Source: a virus (lineage: Duplodnaviria > Caudoviricetes). From it: a DNA stretch of 64,000 nt. The DNA is taken from IMG/VR virus record IMGVR_UViG_3300022217_000003, positions 96,001 through 160,000 of that record. One strand, written 5' to 3'. The notes below the pieces were generated by a model. That model was not told the origin of the DNA. It worked only from the letters and a program-made list of their open reading frames with translations, and searched no databases. This document shows, piece by piece, positions 1-10,409 of the stretch. The translations under genes and the position numbers were made by a program. Positions within the stretch are counted from its first letter, which is position 1. Each line of letters starts with the position of its first letter.

Positions 1-925
1 TGAGATGCTGTCCCTTCTTTGTATTAATATCAGAATGTAAATTTATTTTATAAAATGGTTTACCATCTTGCATACGCACATTTGCATTAAAGGTTTGCTT
101 CCGAATAGAATCTATGAGTAAAAGGACTCCTTGAGCTAAAAGAGGGGAGGTTGTTCCAAAGGACTTGTATTTATATACACATTTATCTTTTTTTAAACCA
201 TCACCTAGATAATATCCTTCTAAAAATGCTTCTTTTATATCGTTGGTAGAATTAAATATTCTGCTTGGGATCTTTTTTAATTTTGTTTTTTTTTCATAAA
301 GCCCTTGTCTAATATTTTTCACAATAAAGGAAGGAACACCATTAACATCTATATATTCTGATTTACCTCCAAATCCAGAAACACCGATTGTATATCTAAA
401 GTTGTATGATCCGAATACCTTTTTGCATAAATCCATAAAGATTTGTCTAATATTTTTATCTATATTACTAAATCTCATTTTTCCACCTGATACATATCCA
501 TCTGCCATTAACATTCCTAATAATTTAGCCTCTTCCTTTGTAATAGCGACATAGGTATTTAAAATAGGGTATTTACCAAATTTTATTTTATCATCAATGC
601 ATAAATCCCTTGCTTCAATTTTTTCATCATTATTTTTTATATAGCTATGATTAGGTGTTGTAATAGATATTGAATTTCTAGTATTTATAACTAAGCCTAC
701 CCTGTCATTTTCATTTAATGTCTTTATCTTCCTTCTTGTTATAGTTTTAATTCTTACAAATTCATCTCCATCCCAAACATATTTATTTTTACTTTCAATA
801 TTTTGTGATAAAACAGAATTATCTTTTGTCGTATTTTTTCTCTCCGGTGCTAAATTCCTTATAAAATCTATATCAATATATCCATTTTCATCTTTTATTA
901 TTATAGGCGTATCTGCATAAAAGCA
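1..925 (-). mobile_element. Intein with LAGLIDADG homing endonuclease inside gmd (C-terminal end outside window)
   Basis: Begins [10 protein letters not shown] right after NHE (Gmd normally continues NHESP); block-B-like TTPNH; LAGLIDADG motifs LLGMLMADG and [10 protein letters not shown]. Confidence 0.9.
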
Positions 926-1468
926 TTCATGATTAAAAAGTATCCCATTGGATATGTGCATTCCATAAGCTTCTCTATAATTTTTACATATCCAAAAAGA
1001 ATACAGCTTTGCTACTCCATAGGGGCTACGCGGATAAAAAGGGGTGTCTTCCTTCTGTGGAATTTCCTGAACTTTTCCATATAATTCACTGGTTGTCGCA
1101 TTATATATTCTAACCTTTTTCTCTAACCCTAATATTCTAACAGCTTCCAATAATCTCAATGTCCCAATCGCATCAACGTTTGCGGTATATTCGGGGATCT
1201 CAAATGAGACGGCTACATGGCTCTGCGCCGAAAGATTATATATTTCATCGGGACTAACCCTCCTTATAGTATTAATCAAATTAGCGGAATCTGTTACATC
1301 GCCATAATATAAATTTACCTTTGATAACGCATGATCTATTCTACCTGTATTAAAAGATGAACTCCTCCTTACGATGCCGTGAACTTCATATCCTTTTTCC
1401 AATAACAAATCCATTAAGTGTGACCCATCCATGCCGGTTATCCCCGTTATCAAAGCAACTTTTTTCAT
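1..1468 (-). CDS. gmd: GDP-mannose 4,6-dehydratase interrupted by an intein (runs off the left edge; absent from the ORF track)
   Basis: Manual translation from ATG 1468: [18 protein letters not shown]...[17 protein letters not shown]...[37 protein letters not shown]...TTSELYG...[15 protein letters not shown]...NGILFNHE, then non-Gmd sequence; frame open to position 1. Confidence 0.95.
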   Translation of the reverse strand, partial: MKKVALITGITGMDGSHLMDLLLEKGYEVHGIVRRSSSFNTGRIDHALSKVNLYYGDVTDSANLINTIRRVSPDEIYNLSAQSHVAVSFEIPEYTANVDAIGTLRLLEAVRILGLEKKVRIYNATTSELYGKVQEIPQKEDTPFYPRSPYGVAKLYSFWICKNYREAYGMHISNGILFNHECFYADTPIIIKDENGYIDIDFIRNLAPERKNTTKDNSVLSQNIESKNKYVWDGDEFVRIKTITRRKIKTLNENDRVGLVINTRNSISITTPNHSYIKNNDEKIEARDLCIDDKIKFGKYPILNTYVAITKEEAKLLGMLMADGYVSGGKMRFSNIDKNIRQIFMDLCKKVFGSYNFRYTIGVSGFGGKSEYIDVNGVPSFIVKNIRQGLYEKKTKLKKIPSRIFNSTNDIKEAFLEGYYLGDGLKKDKCVYKYKSFGTTSPLLAQGVLLLIDSIRKQTFNANVRMQDGKPFYKINLHSDINTKKGQHL

Positions 1469-2613
1469 TAAATAACTCTCCTTATTACATCGCAAACAAA
1501 TTGTATATCATCTTTAGTTAGATTGGGATGGTTAGGAACATAGAATCCGCAATTATCTATATGTTGTGCCATGTTATCGTAAACAATACAATTTGCTTTT
1601 TTAATAAATGGTTGGTTTCCCATATTCCCACATACGAGCGGTCTATTTTCTATATTATTTTTATTTAATGCTTTTATTATTTTATCTCTTTTGGTATGAA
1701 CAATGGGATATGCGAAACTTGATATTGTGTCGCCTTTATGTCCCCTTAATGGACTACACATATTCAGATATTCTTGATATAAATTAAAGTTATCTTGACG
1801 CTTTTGAACTATATCATCCAATTTATCCAATTGCCTAAGCCCTAAAAATGCGCCTATCTCAGTATTTCTAATATTAAATCCAGGATAATAGAACTTATAA
1901 AGAGACTCAAATTCACTAACCTTATACTTTTTTCTCAATTTCTTTTGATCTTTAGATGGCAGATCCCTACTCCATCCATGATTTCGTATCATTCTTAATA
2001 TGTTGTACAACTCTTTATCATCTGTACACACAGCTCCGCCTTCTACGCAACTCATTTGATGACTCATATACATAGAATGACTACTCATTAATCCAAAATT
2101 ACCTAATTTTTTTAATTTATACTGACTACCGATTGACTCACAATTGTCTTCAAGAAGTATTACATCATATTCCTTGCATAGATGTATTATTTCATCATAT
2201 TGAGGAGAAAATCCTAATATATTTACTGCCAATAGCACTGCGGGTTTATATTTTTTGAATATTTTACTTAAACAATCTAGATCAACACTGAAATTATTCA
2301 ATTCAACATCGCAAATAATTGTTTGAAATCCTAATTGTATCCCAGGAGAGGCAGAGGTTGCCCAACTTATTGCTGGTATTACTATTTTATTATTTTTCAA
2401 CCTACCTGATAATTTTAAAGCATATATCATTGCCAAATTAGCTGAACTTCCTGAATTAACAAATACACAGTGCTTACATCCTATATAATCAGAAAACTTT
2501 TGTTCAAATTCTTTTACTAATTCGCCCTGAGATAGCCTTGGATTGGTCAATATCCATTCCGCCAAAGTCCTTCGGTCTCTTTTATCAAAATTATCCGATG
2601 CTAATTTAATCAC
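1468..2613 (-). CDS. colD: DegT/DnrJ/EryC1/StrS-fold PLP enzyme, ColD-like GDP-4-keto-6-deoxymannose 3-dehydratase
   Basis: [26 protein letters not shown] with His at the position of the Schiff-base Lys, NHGWSR; adjacent to gmd and fcl. Confidence 0.75.
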   Translation of the reverse strand: MIKLASDNFDKRDRRTLAEWILTNPRLSQGELVKEFEQKFSDYIGCKHCVFVNSGSSANLAMIYALKLSGRLKNNKIVIPAISWATSASPGIQLGFQTIICDVELNNFSVDLDCLSKIFKKYKPAVLLAVNILGFSPQYDEIIHLCKEYDVILLEDNCESIGSQYKLKKLGNFGLMSSHSMYMSHQMSCVEGGAVCTDDKELYNILRMIRNHGWSRDLPSKDQKKLRKKYKVSEFESLYKFYYPGFNIRNTEIGAFLGLRQLDKLDDIVQKRQDNFNLYQEYLNMCSPLRGHKGDTISSFAYPIVHTKRDKIIKALNKNNIENRPLVCGNMGNQPFIKKANCIVYDNMAQHIDNCGFYVPNHPNLTKDDIQFVCDVIRRVI

Positions 2614-3538
2614 TAATTAATTCCTTATAATACTCAACTGTTTTTTCTATACCTTCTTCTAAATTAGTCGTTGCCTTCCAACCCAATTTATTTATTTTAG
2701 AAACATCAAGACATTTTAATTTCATCCCATCTGGCTTTGAGGTATCATATTTAAACTTACCTTTCCATTCTATAACCCTTGCCACCGTTTCCGCAAGCTC
2801 AGTAATGCTTGCATCCTTACCTGTCCCAACATTTAAAAATGTTTTTGATTTGATATTATTCATTGCCCATACCATACAATCGGCAAGGTCTTCAACGTAT
2901 AAAAATTCTCTCCTGGGCTCTCCTGTCCCCCAGATAGTTATTACTTTTTTATTACTTTTTTTTGCATCATATATCTTTTTTATAAGGGACTGCAATACAT
3001 GGGAGTCCGTAGGGTCAAAGTGGTCATATATGCCATATAGATTAGTGGGGGATAAAATTATAAACTTATCCCCTAATGTTTTATTCGCATATTCACATAG
3101 TTTCGTACCGCATATCTTTGAAAGGGCATATCCTTCATTGGTGGGCTCCACAGGTGCTTCTAATAAATATGATTCCTTTAGCGGTTGTTTGTAATCTCTG
3201 GGGAACATACACGCAGAGGCAAGGTACATAGTTTTTTCAACATTATATTTTATAGCACAATTGATAATATTGTTTTGTATCATAAGATTTTCATATAAAA
3301 ACTTATATGGTTCATTTATATTCGCCTGTATACCCCCTACAATTGAGGCACAATGATATATATACATGGGTCTATGGCAACGGATAAAAGATTCTGTATC
3401 TTCCTGGCTTGTAAGATCTAATTGATTATGTTCTCTTGTTATAATATTATCATATCCGGATTCCTTTAGTTTCTTCACAAGATTCCTTCCAACTAACCCC
3501 GTTGCACCCGATACATATATCAGATCTTCTTTTTTCAT
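2606..3538 (-). CDS. fcl: GDP-L-fucose synthase / ColC-like epimerase-reductase
   Basis: GATGLVG, VGGIQAN, EPTNEGYALSK, PTNLYG, SHVL, WGTGEPRREFLYVEDLA, KPDG. Confidence 0.92.
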   Translation of the reverse strand: MKKEDLIYVSGATGLVGRNLVKKLKESGYDNIITREHNQLDLTSQEDTESFIRCHRPMYIYHCASIVGGIQANINEPYKFLYENLMIQNNIINCAIKYNVEKTMYLASACMFPRDYKQPLKESYLLEAPVEPTNEGYALSKICGTKLCEYANKTLGDKFIILSPTNLYGIYDHFDPTDSHVLQSLIKKIYDAKKSNKKVITIWGTGEPRREFLYVEDLADCMVWAMNNIKSKTFLNVGTGKDASITELAETVARVIEWKGKFKYDTSKPDGMKLKCLDVSKINKLGWKATTNLEEGIEKTVEYYKELISD

Positions 3539-4569
3539 AACCTATCCAACATAATACATTTATTATTAGAAACATATTTTTTTTCTGTTTCTATTGAAGC
3601 GCATTCATTTATAATATTCATAAATTCTTCTTTTGTAATAGGTTCTTCTTCCCACATACAGGCCTTCTTTGAGAATATTCCACGTTCGACCCTATCATTC
3701 CATGTTCCCTGATATACAGGATGCATTTTATCAGTTAGTATTACTGGGAAATTGGATCTGGTATGACTTGAAATAGCACCACCCATTCCGTCAGCTATTA
3801 AGCCCTTTGATAAATAAAGTAAGCATAATAATTCACTATATGTCATGTCCTCGCTATTAATTTCATGATAATTTCCGTGTTCTATACCTGTAGGAAAACA
3901 GGGGAATCCAATATTAACCACGCCATAACCATTATTTAGCATTTCTTCAAAATGGGACTTAATTTCCATTCGTGTGTTATGCATAGGGGCCTTAAAACTA
4001 AAATTTCTTGTTATAGCGAGAAAAGTTTTGTCTGTAAATAAATGTTTATATTGGCTATCTATTTTTTCTTTGTCTTCTTGGAAAGGATATATAAAATTAC
4101 CTTCCTTTATACACCTTCCTATATTTCCAAATTCAATATAAAACTGCCCCCACATGTCCTTATTATATTCTGATTCGGTATTTTGACTAAAAATTTTACA
4201 ATCAGGGGGCAATGCATCTAATATTTCTTGACATGGATAAGGCCCATCATGGAAATAATGGAAATCGCATTCCAGATAATGTTTATTAATATATTCAATA
4301 GCCATTTTCATAAAACCAGATGTTACATACCCAGGGACATCCCTTTCGTTTTGCTCTAGAATATATGGATAATTTGCCTTCGCCCTTGCTAAAAATTCTG
4401 TCGAAACACAAAGCATTTCATCTGCATATGTTATTAATGACGCAGCCACATAAGGGACAACTGCAACAACTTTATCATATTCTTTTTTTAATTTATAGAG
4501 ATATGTGCAATCGAATCGGTTGAATGCGTGAAATTCCCCGAAGGGACCAAAGGCTACGGCGATTTTCAT
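3535..4569 (-). CDS. Hypothetical protein in glycan cluster (possibly a divergent glycosyltransferase)
   Basis: 344-aa ORF overlapping its neighbour in the operon; no clear motif. Confidence 0.6.
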   Translation of the reverse strand: MKIAVAFGPFGEFHAFNRFDCTYLYKLKKEYDKVVAVVPYVAASLITYADEMLCVSTEFLARAKANYPYILEQNERDVPGYVTSGFMKMAIEYINKHYLECDFHYFHDGPYPCQEILDALPPDCKIFSQNTESEYNKDMWGQFYIEFGNIGRCIKEGNFIYPFQEDKEKIDSQYKHLFTDKTFLAITRNFSFKAPMHNTRMEIKSHFEEMLNNGYGVVNIGFPCFPTGIEHGNYHEINSEDMTYSELLCLLYLSKGLIADGMGGAISSHTRSNFPVILTDKMHPVYQGTWNDRVERGIFSKKACMWEEEPITKEEFMNIINECASIETEKKYVSNNKCIMLDRL

Positions 4570-4573
4570 TTAA

Positions 4574-5395
4574 TTACTTCCTCAACTTTTTTTTTATTGG
4601 AATTTCGCTATCCAAACACCTTATCACCCCATCGCCCCATGACTTTTTGTAACTATTTAATATGTCTTTTATTTTTAAAACCCCTGGTATTTCTATTGAA
4701 GCGGATTGATCAGACCCATACATTGCACGATCCAATGTAATATGATACTCCGCCATCTCACAGCCAAGAGCGTACGCCATTGTAATAAAATGTATCCCAG
4801 GAGAATGATTGGAAAATCCTATCTTATATTTATGACCATAAAAATCCTGTAATGTTTTTATTCTATTCATGTTCATGTCTTCGTCTGACGTGGGATATGT
4901 TGAAGTTGTAGATAAAATATATTCCACACTATCCCCAAGTATTCCCAATGCGTTATTTAATTCTTCGGGTGATGTCATCCCCGTAGAAAGAATAATTGGC
5001 TTACCCGTTTCCTTTATCTTTTCCAACAATTCAATATCAGTATTAGATGCTGATGCAACCTTTATAAATGGTATATCATATTGCATTAAAAAATCGACAG
5101 ATGCGCAATCCCATGGGCTCGCATACCACTTAATCCCTTTTTCTTTACAGTAACGATCTATCTCATCATAATCTTCCTTAGAATATTCCAATTGATTCTT
5201 TAAGTCCCTATTTGTTTTGCCATAAGGTGATTCCCTTAGTTTATCTAATTCTGCTTCAGTATAAACATTTTCTATAGTTCGCTTTTGAAACTTCACTGCA
5301 AAGCACCCCCCCAATACAGCTACGTCAATTAACTTTTTAGTTAAGTCTATATTCCCTAATCCATTTATTCCTATTTCAGCTACTAATTTCATCAA
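4574..5395 (-). CDS. neuB: N-acetylneuraminate synthase (NeuB) family protein, short form
   Basis: AEIGING, AVKFQKR, IKVASA, ILSTGM, STYP, GFSNH, EYHITLDR, GSDQSAS; no C-terminal antifreeze-like domain. Confidence 0.9.
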   Translation of the reverse strand: MMKLVAEIGINGLGNIDLTKKLIDVAVLGGCFAVKFQKRTIENVYTEAELDKLRESPYGKTNRDLKNQLEYSKEDYDEIDRYCKEKGIKWYASPWDCASVDFLMQYDIPFIKVASASNTDIELLEKIKETGKPIILSTGMTSPEELNNALGILGDSVEYILSTTSTYPTSDEDMNMNRIKTLQDFYGHKYKIGFSNHSPGIHFITMAYALGCEMAEYHITLDRAMYGSDQSASIEIPGVLKIKDILNSYKKSWGDGVIRCLDSEIPIKKKLRK

Positions 5396-5978
5396 CCTGT
5401 CCTTCTTTTTTTATTTTAAATAGGCCTATATCAAAGCCTCTTAATTCTCTTTTTATAATATCTACCTCCCATTGTCCAGCTACCCCGCCCATGAAATCTT
5501 CTGGAGTCCAAAAAGACAAATGACTTTCATGCACATTTCCATAAACTTCCCCCTGACTCCATTGGGAACTATCGCCCAGCGGAATGCATACGACCAAATA
5601 TTTTGAGGCTTTATTTTTCAATTTATCCAGAACTATTAATGCATCTTCTCTATGAAGATGCTCTATAACATCCCCTGCATATATAAATTCATATTCAGGT
5701 AGCGTATCTATAATATCAAAAATATTACCAATATATATATTATCATATATATATTTTTGATGTTCGTGGGCATTAATATAATGTTCAAAAATTTCAACCC
5801 CATCTATTTGCGTTATCCAATCATCTTTTTCAAATCTACCTACAAATATGTCTCCATACTCACGAAATAAATGCCCCCACTTCCCAAATCCCACACCTAT
5901 ATCCAAGACTGTTTTAGGGGACACCCCCATAAACACCCTTACAACTTCATCTAAAAATCCATAATATGAACTTGGCAT
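5376..5978 (-). CDS. Class I SAM-dependent methyltransferase
   Basis: VLDIGVGFG, DVIEHL. Confidence 0.85.
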   Translation of the reverse strand: MPSSYYGFLDEVVRVFMGVSPKTVLDIGVGFGKWGHLFREYGDIFVGRFEKDDWITQIDGVEIFEHYINAHEHQKYIYDNIYIGNIFDIIDTLPEYEFIYAGDVIEHLHREDALIVLDKLKNKASKYLVVCIPLGDSSQWSQGEVYGNVHESHLSFWTPEDFMGGVAGQWEVDIIKRELRGFDIGLFKIKKEGQVDEISS

Positions 5979-5983
5979 TTTAA

Positions 5984-6124
5984 TTATTTCTCCTTCTTCT
6001 CTAAATATTCAACCATTATCTGTCGAATTATTTCACCGCAACTTCTTTTTTCTTTCTTGGCTTGCTCTTTAAACTCATGTATGATATTTTTATCTACCCT
6101 TACATTAAACGTAGGTTTTTTCAT
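5984..6124 (-). CDS. Ribbon-helix-helix (Arc/CopG-like) DNA-binding protein, 46 aa (not in ORF track)
   Basis: MKKPTFNVRVDKNIIHEFKEQAKKEKRSCGEIIRQIMVEYLEKKEK: alternating beta-strand FNVRV, helix, RS turn, helix; fills the gap between two genes. Confidence 0.75.
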   Translation of the reverse strand: MKKPTFNVRVDKNIIHEFKEQAKKEKRSCGEIIRQIMVEYLEKKEK

Positions 6125-6151
6125 AGCAAATCACCCGCCTTGCCCTTCTAT

Positions 6152-6532
6152 CTATTGTCTACTTATGAACTTTTTAAGATCTTCTTGGTCAAATTTTCCA
6201 CTTGGTTCTTTTCGATAGCTGTCAGAATCTATGTGGTGGGTGCTTATTTCTATTATCTTGCTATTTTTTAATCCCCAGAATCTGTGGTATTTACATGGTT
6301 CAATTACTATCACGTCACCCTTCTTCATAATATAATACTTATTGTCATATTGCATTAATACCTTTCCGCTGTCAATAACAAAGGTTTCATGTTTTATTTT
6401 GTGCATATGAACCGAACACCTTCTATTCTTTTTTAGTTTTAATATTTTATAACAGTATAAGCCCCCATTAACTATCCAATATTCTTTCCCCCATTTTTTT
6501 TCTACCATTTTAGGTTTTTTATAATCCTTCAT
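6152..6532 (-). CDS. Cupin-domain protein (sugar isomerase-like)
   Basis: KKWGKEYWI, SVHMHKIKHETF, HRF, IIEIST. Confidence 0.85.
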   Translation of the reverse strand: MKDYKKPKMVEKKWGKEYWIVNGGLYCYKILKLKKNRRCSVHMHKIKHETFVIDSGKVLMQYDNKYYIMKKGDVIVIEPCKYHRFWGLKNSKIIEISTHHIDSDSYRKEPSGKFDQEDLKKFISRQ

Positions 6533-7412
6533 ATATTCCCTCTAATTGATTTACCGTTAATCTTGGATGCCAATATGTTTCCATCCACTTCCTATTTCTT
6601 TCTCCTATGTTATTAATATAATCAAACCCCTGGTTTATAATTCCCTGTAGACCTGCTTCTAAATTATCCATCCATATATTTTCGAATGGTATTATATCTG
6701 AATTAGTTACCGCCCTAAGAACGGACGCAACCGGTTCGTCAAGAGAACAGACAACTAAGGCACCGAGACCTAATCCCTCCAATCCGCTTCTATGATAACT
6801 ATTTGTGACACACTCATCTATTACTATATTGCAGTCTGATTTCCTTGCTATGCATTCTTCTATTCCAACTCCATGAATAACATCAAAATCAATATTAGCA
6901 TTTCTTTCTTTTAATCTTTCTAATATATCTTTTGTTTCAAGATGTCCCTTGGCTTCAGCTACCCTGCACCCCCTATCATATTTTTGAGAAGGGGAAAACC
7001 CTATTTTAATATAATCCTTTTTCTTATATGTATATTCAGCCCCATCTATATCTATTATATTTCTTATTGGTATGCACCCACGAGATATGTAATCGCCTAA
7101 TGTCGCATGGAACTGTGCTATAACCAGTTTGGCACCTGGAAATTCAAGGTCTACATACGCCGTCGGGCTATGATACTGTATTATTTTAGGCTTCGTTGTT
7201 TCACAAAACTTGTTGTGAAAATGAACCACATCAAATTCATTTATTCTATTTAGATCTTTTATAATAGGAATATCAGCATAAGATATCGCATCATTGGGAT
7301 TTAATAATACTGCTTCATACTTATCGGAATATTTATTTATTGCCCTTACTGTTTCATCTGGCGACCATGCCATATTGGTAAACTTTACATGAACTACTTT
7401 CTTTTTATCCAC
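6519..7412 (-). CDS. Putative GT-B fold glycosyltransferase
   Basis: AKGH, CIARKSDCNIVIDE, SGLEGLGLG resemble a GT4-like C-terminal domain; start adjusted to the GTG overlapping the upstream stop. Confidence 0.55.
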   Translation of the reverse strand: MDKKKVVHVKFTNMAWSPDETVRAINKYSDKYEAVLLNPNDAISYADIPIIKDLNRINEFDVVHFHNKFCETTKPKIIQYHSPTAYVDLEFPGAKLVIAQFHATLGDYISRGCIPIRNIIDIDGAEYTYKKKDYIKIGFSPSQKYDRGCRVAEAKGHLETKDILERLKERNANIDFDVIHGVGIEECIARKSDCNIVIDECVTNSYHRSGLEGLGLGALVVCSLDEPVASVLRAVTNSDIIPFENIWMDNLEAGLQGIINQGFDYINNIGERNRKWMETYWHPRLTVNQLEGIYEGL

Positions 7413-8217
7413 GGGGAACTCCATAATAATGACATTTTGAACACAAAGGAACATCATTTCGATTTCCATCTATATGCTTCTTTAGCCATTCTTTTCTTTT
7501 ATCACCATTCCATATTTCTTCTAATGTTTTATCATTTAAACTGCCAAGCCTGCCAATGCCATCGGGGTCAAACCTCACGCATATCGATACGTTACCATGG
7601 CGATCAATGGCAGGATGAGTCAACATATCTAGGCATATATCATATTCGGGACGAGTGATCTTTTTCTCATAATCGAAGCTTCCCATTGGAGAATGCAAAA
7701 TCCTTTTGACAATTGGAATATTCATTTTTTTATACATATCCATTCTTTTATCAGAAATATTCCCTAGCATCCTAAGCACAACCCTCGGCTTTTCATCTTT
7801 TGGAAGGGACGTTATAAACTCCAATAAAGACAGATAATTAATAATATCTTCTTTTCCGTTTTCTTTTTGTATGACTGAGATGGTTAATACCTCTAAGTTC
7901 CCGACAATATCTTCTTTTTTTAAGTTCAACTGATTACCACCCTTGGTATTAAAACATCTTATTCGCCCTTCAAACAATTTCAATGCTTCGCCTAAGCGAG
8001 GATACTCCAAGGGATCGCCGTTATTATGAAACTGAACTAGGGTTCCCGGGGGTATCTGGGGCTCTATTTTCTTTAACAATTCGAAATCCATGTGCCCATA
8101 TGACCTGGCTATCTCTGGATATTCCCTTTCTATCTTTCTTCTACCACACATTTCGCACGAAAAATTACAGATACTTGTAAGCTCAATATTTATTGTTGAC
8201 AATCCATTTAAACTCAT
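7405..8217 (-). CDS. Radical SAM/SPASM domain protein
   Basis: IELTSICNFSCEMC; C-terminal C..C..CSKC SPASM/twitch cysteines, LEEIWNG. Confidence 0.9.
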   Translation of the reverse strand: MSLNGLSTINIELTSICNFSCEMCGRRKIEREYPEIARSYGHMDFELLKKIEPQIPPGTLVQFHNNGDPLEYPRLGEALKLFEGRIRCFNTKGGNQLNLKKEDIVGNLEVLTISVIQKENGKEDIINYLSLLEFITSLPKDEKPRVVLRMLGNISDKRMDMYKKMNIPIVKRILHSPMGSFDYEKKITRPEYDICLDMLTHPAIDRHGNVSICVRFDPDGIGRLGSLNDKTLEEIWNGDKRKEWLKKHIDGNRNDVPLCSKCHYYGVPRG

Positions 8218-8867
8218 TTTTTTCCTACCCCCAATACTGTGGAGTCATTCATCCACCTAAAGTATTTAATGCCGGTTGCATAGGTCAACCACTTGGCAAA
8301 TTTAATTGGCAATGACAATCTTATCTTATTTAAAATGGGGAACTTCCAGGCAGGGGGATAATGATAAAATATTTCCGACTCAACATTTTCAAAATTATAC
8401 ATTTTTAATAAATCTCTAATGCCTTCCCTTGAATAAGGGTGGACATGTGTGGGATCGTCATAAAAAACCCCAGACTGCTTATTCCAATCGGGGGTCATAA
8501 TAATTAACACCCCGCCCTTTTTCAATATTCTATAACATTCCTTTATTAAATTATCAGAATTATGCAAATGCTCTATTAAGGATTTACAAAATATAAAATC
8601 AAATTTACAACTCCCTATGGGGATTATCTCATTTTCAATATCTATGACGAACTTAGTATAATATGAATTCTTCTCCCTATCTATTCCATAAACCCCTATC
8701 CCCATTTGTTGGAATAAATCTGAATATTCCCCTCGACCACACCCAATATCTAATAATATATCTTTTCCCTTCATATTAAATCTATCATACAAATACTTAG
8801 CCAATTTAGGGGGGTAATCAGTATAGGGCTTATCTTTCTTATTATATATAGTCTCTGTATAATCCAT
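8214..8867 (-). CDS. Class I SAM-dependent methyltransferase
   Basis: LLDIGCGRG, KSLIEHL, RILKKGG, DDPTH. Confidence 0.9.
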   Translation of the reverse strand: MDYTETIYNKKDKPYTDYPPKLAKYLYDRFNMKGKDILLDIGCGRGEYSDLFQQMGIGVYGIDREKNSYYTKFVIDIENEIIPIGSCKFDFIFCKSLIEHLHNSDNLIKECYRILKKGGVLIIMTPDWNKQSGVFYDDPTHVHPYSREGIRDLLKMYNFENVESEIFYHYPPAWKFPILNKIRLSLPIKFAKWLTYATGIKYFRWMNDSTVLGVGKK

Positions 8868-8869
8868 AT

Positions 8870-9256
8870 TTATATCTTTTCTACCAATTCAATTTCAAGC
8901 CCATTCGGATCTTCTATAAATGCAACCCTGACAGATTTGTCAGGGGATAACACGAACTCAATATCCTTTTTTAATTTTGTTAATATCTTTTCTATATCAT
9001 CTACACCAATAGCCATATGGCAGGCATAATAAAGATCATGGGTCCAAAAAGGATCGCTTTCACACTCATATGTTTCTGTTAATTCAAAAATAGTTCCATT
9101 TAATTCCATTTTCACCACTTTTATTTTTCCAATAAAATCATCTATTCCGTTCCAATCTTCTGTTTTATTATATACAACTTTAAATCCGAGTTTTTTATAA
9201 AATTTCATTGATTCTTTAAATTTTTTTGTTCGTATTCCAAAATGTCTAATATTCAT
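8870..9256 (-). CDS. VOC (glyoxalase-like) family protein
   Basis: IRHFGI, FYKKLGF, HMAIGVDDI, FIEDPNGLEIELVE. Confidence 0.88.
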   Translation of the reverse strand: MNIRHFGIRTKKFKESMKFYKKLGFKVVYNKTEDWNGIDDFIGKIKVVKMELNGTIFELTETYECESDPFWTHDLYYACHMAIGVDDIEKILTKLKKDIEFVLSPDKSVRVAFIEDPNGLEIELVEKI

Positions 9257-10409
9257 TTATTACACTCCTTAATATATCCAATCCCATTATTAAATTTTTT
9301 TCTGATATTATTAATGGCGGACCTACCTTTATAGACTCTCTCCCCGTATATACTAATAGTAATCCCTTTTTTAATGCCGTCTTGCAAACATGCGATGCGA
9401 TGTATTTATTTTCAAATATTATGCTCGCCACGAGCCCCCTTGAATGCCACCCTGCTATTTTATTATGACCACAATCCAACATACCTATAATCCTACCTAT
9501 TAGCGTTACGCCTCTAAGGTATGCATTATATACAATATGCTTGCTTTCCATCTCTTCCAAAACGGCTAACCCCGCAGAACAGCTAATGGGATTGGCTGAA
9601 TGGGTGCTACTCATATCGCCAACGCTGGGAGTATCTAATATTTCACGCCTTCCCAATACACCTGACAACGGCAACCCATTACCTATAGCCTTACCTATAC
9701 AAATAAGGTCAGGCACCACATTAAAATATTCATACCCAAATAACCTTCCCGTCCTTCCAAGGCCAGATTGTATTTCATCAAAGCAGACCAAACTATTATT
9801 TTCTTTCGCAAACGAACATAGATTTTGTATATATTCCTTGTCTGGAAATTTAGCCGACCAACCCTGATATGTCTCTATCATAAATCCGGCAATATCCTTA
9901 GTATTTATATTTAACTTATTTATTTCCTTAATGAAATTTGATCCCAGGGTTGGGAAATCCAATTGGACAAAATCCTTATGGGAATATATCCCCGAACCCT
10001 TCATTAATTCAGCAGCCATAGTTCTGCCATGCATAGCCCCCTTAAAAGATACTATTATATTTCTTTTAGTGTATCCCCTCATTAATTTTACAGCAGCTTC
10101 CGTAGCTTCTGTTCCAGATGATAATAAAAATACTTTTTCGCAAAAGTCTGGAGTCATTTCAATCAGCTTCTTTGTAAACTTTTCCCTGGGTTCGTTATTG
10201 AATGTATAAGAATGTATCAGATTTTTATTTATCTGCCTTTTAACATACTTATTCACCCTTTTATTTGAATGCCCTACGTTAGTTACAAATATAGTAGAAG
10301 TAAAATCTATATATTTTTTATTATTAGAATCCCAAACAAATTCATTCTTTGCTTTCTTCCATGTGATTCCTAATGGGTTTTGCATTGATTTTGGTTCATA
10401 TTGATTCAT
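9246..10409 (-). CDS. Class III PLP-dependent aminotransferase
   Basis: YIDFTS, SGTEATEAAVK, MHGRT, FDEIQSGLGRTG, PDLICIGKAIGNG; start trimmed to ATG 10409. Confidence 0.9.
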   Translation of the reverse strand: MNQYEPKSMQNPLGITWKKAKNEFVWDSNNKKYIDFTSTIFVTNVGHSNKRVNKYVKRQINKNLIHSYTFNNEPREKFTKKLIEMTPDFCEKVFLLSSGTEATEAAVKLMRGYTKRNIIVSFKGAMHGRTMAAELMKGSGIYSHKDFVQLDFPTLGSNFIKEINKLNINTKDIAGFMIETYQGWSAKFPDKEYIQNLCSFAKENNSLVCFDEIQSGLGRTGRLFGYEYFNVVPDLICIGKAIGNGLPLSGVLGRREILDTPSVGDMSSTHSANPISCSAGLAVLEEMESKHIVYNAYLRGVTLIGRIIGMLDCGHNKIAGWHSRGLVASIIFENKYIASHVCKTALKKGLLLVYTGRESIKVGPPLIISEKNLIMGLDILRSVINEY

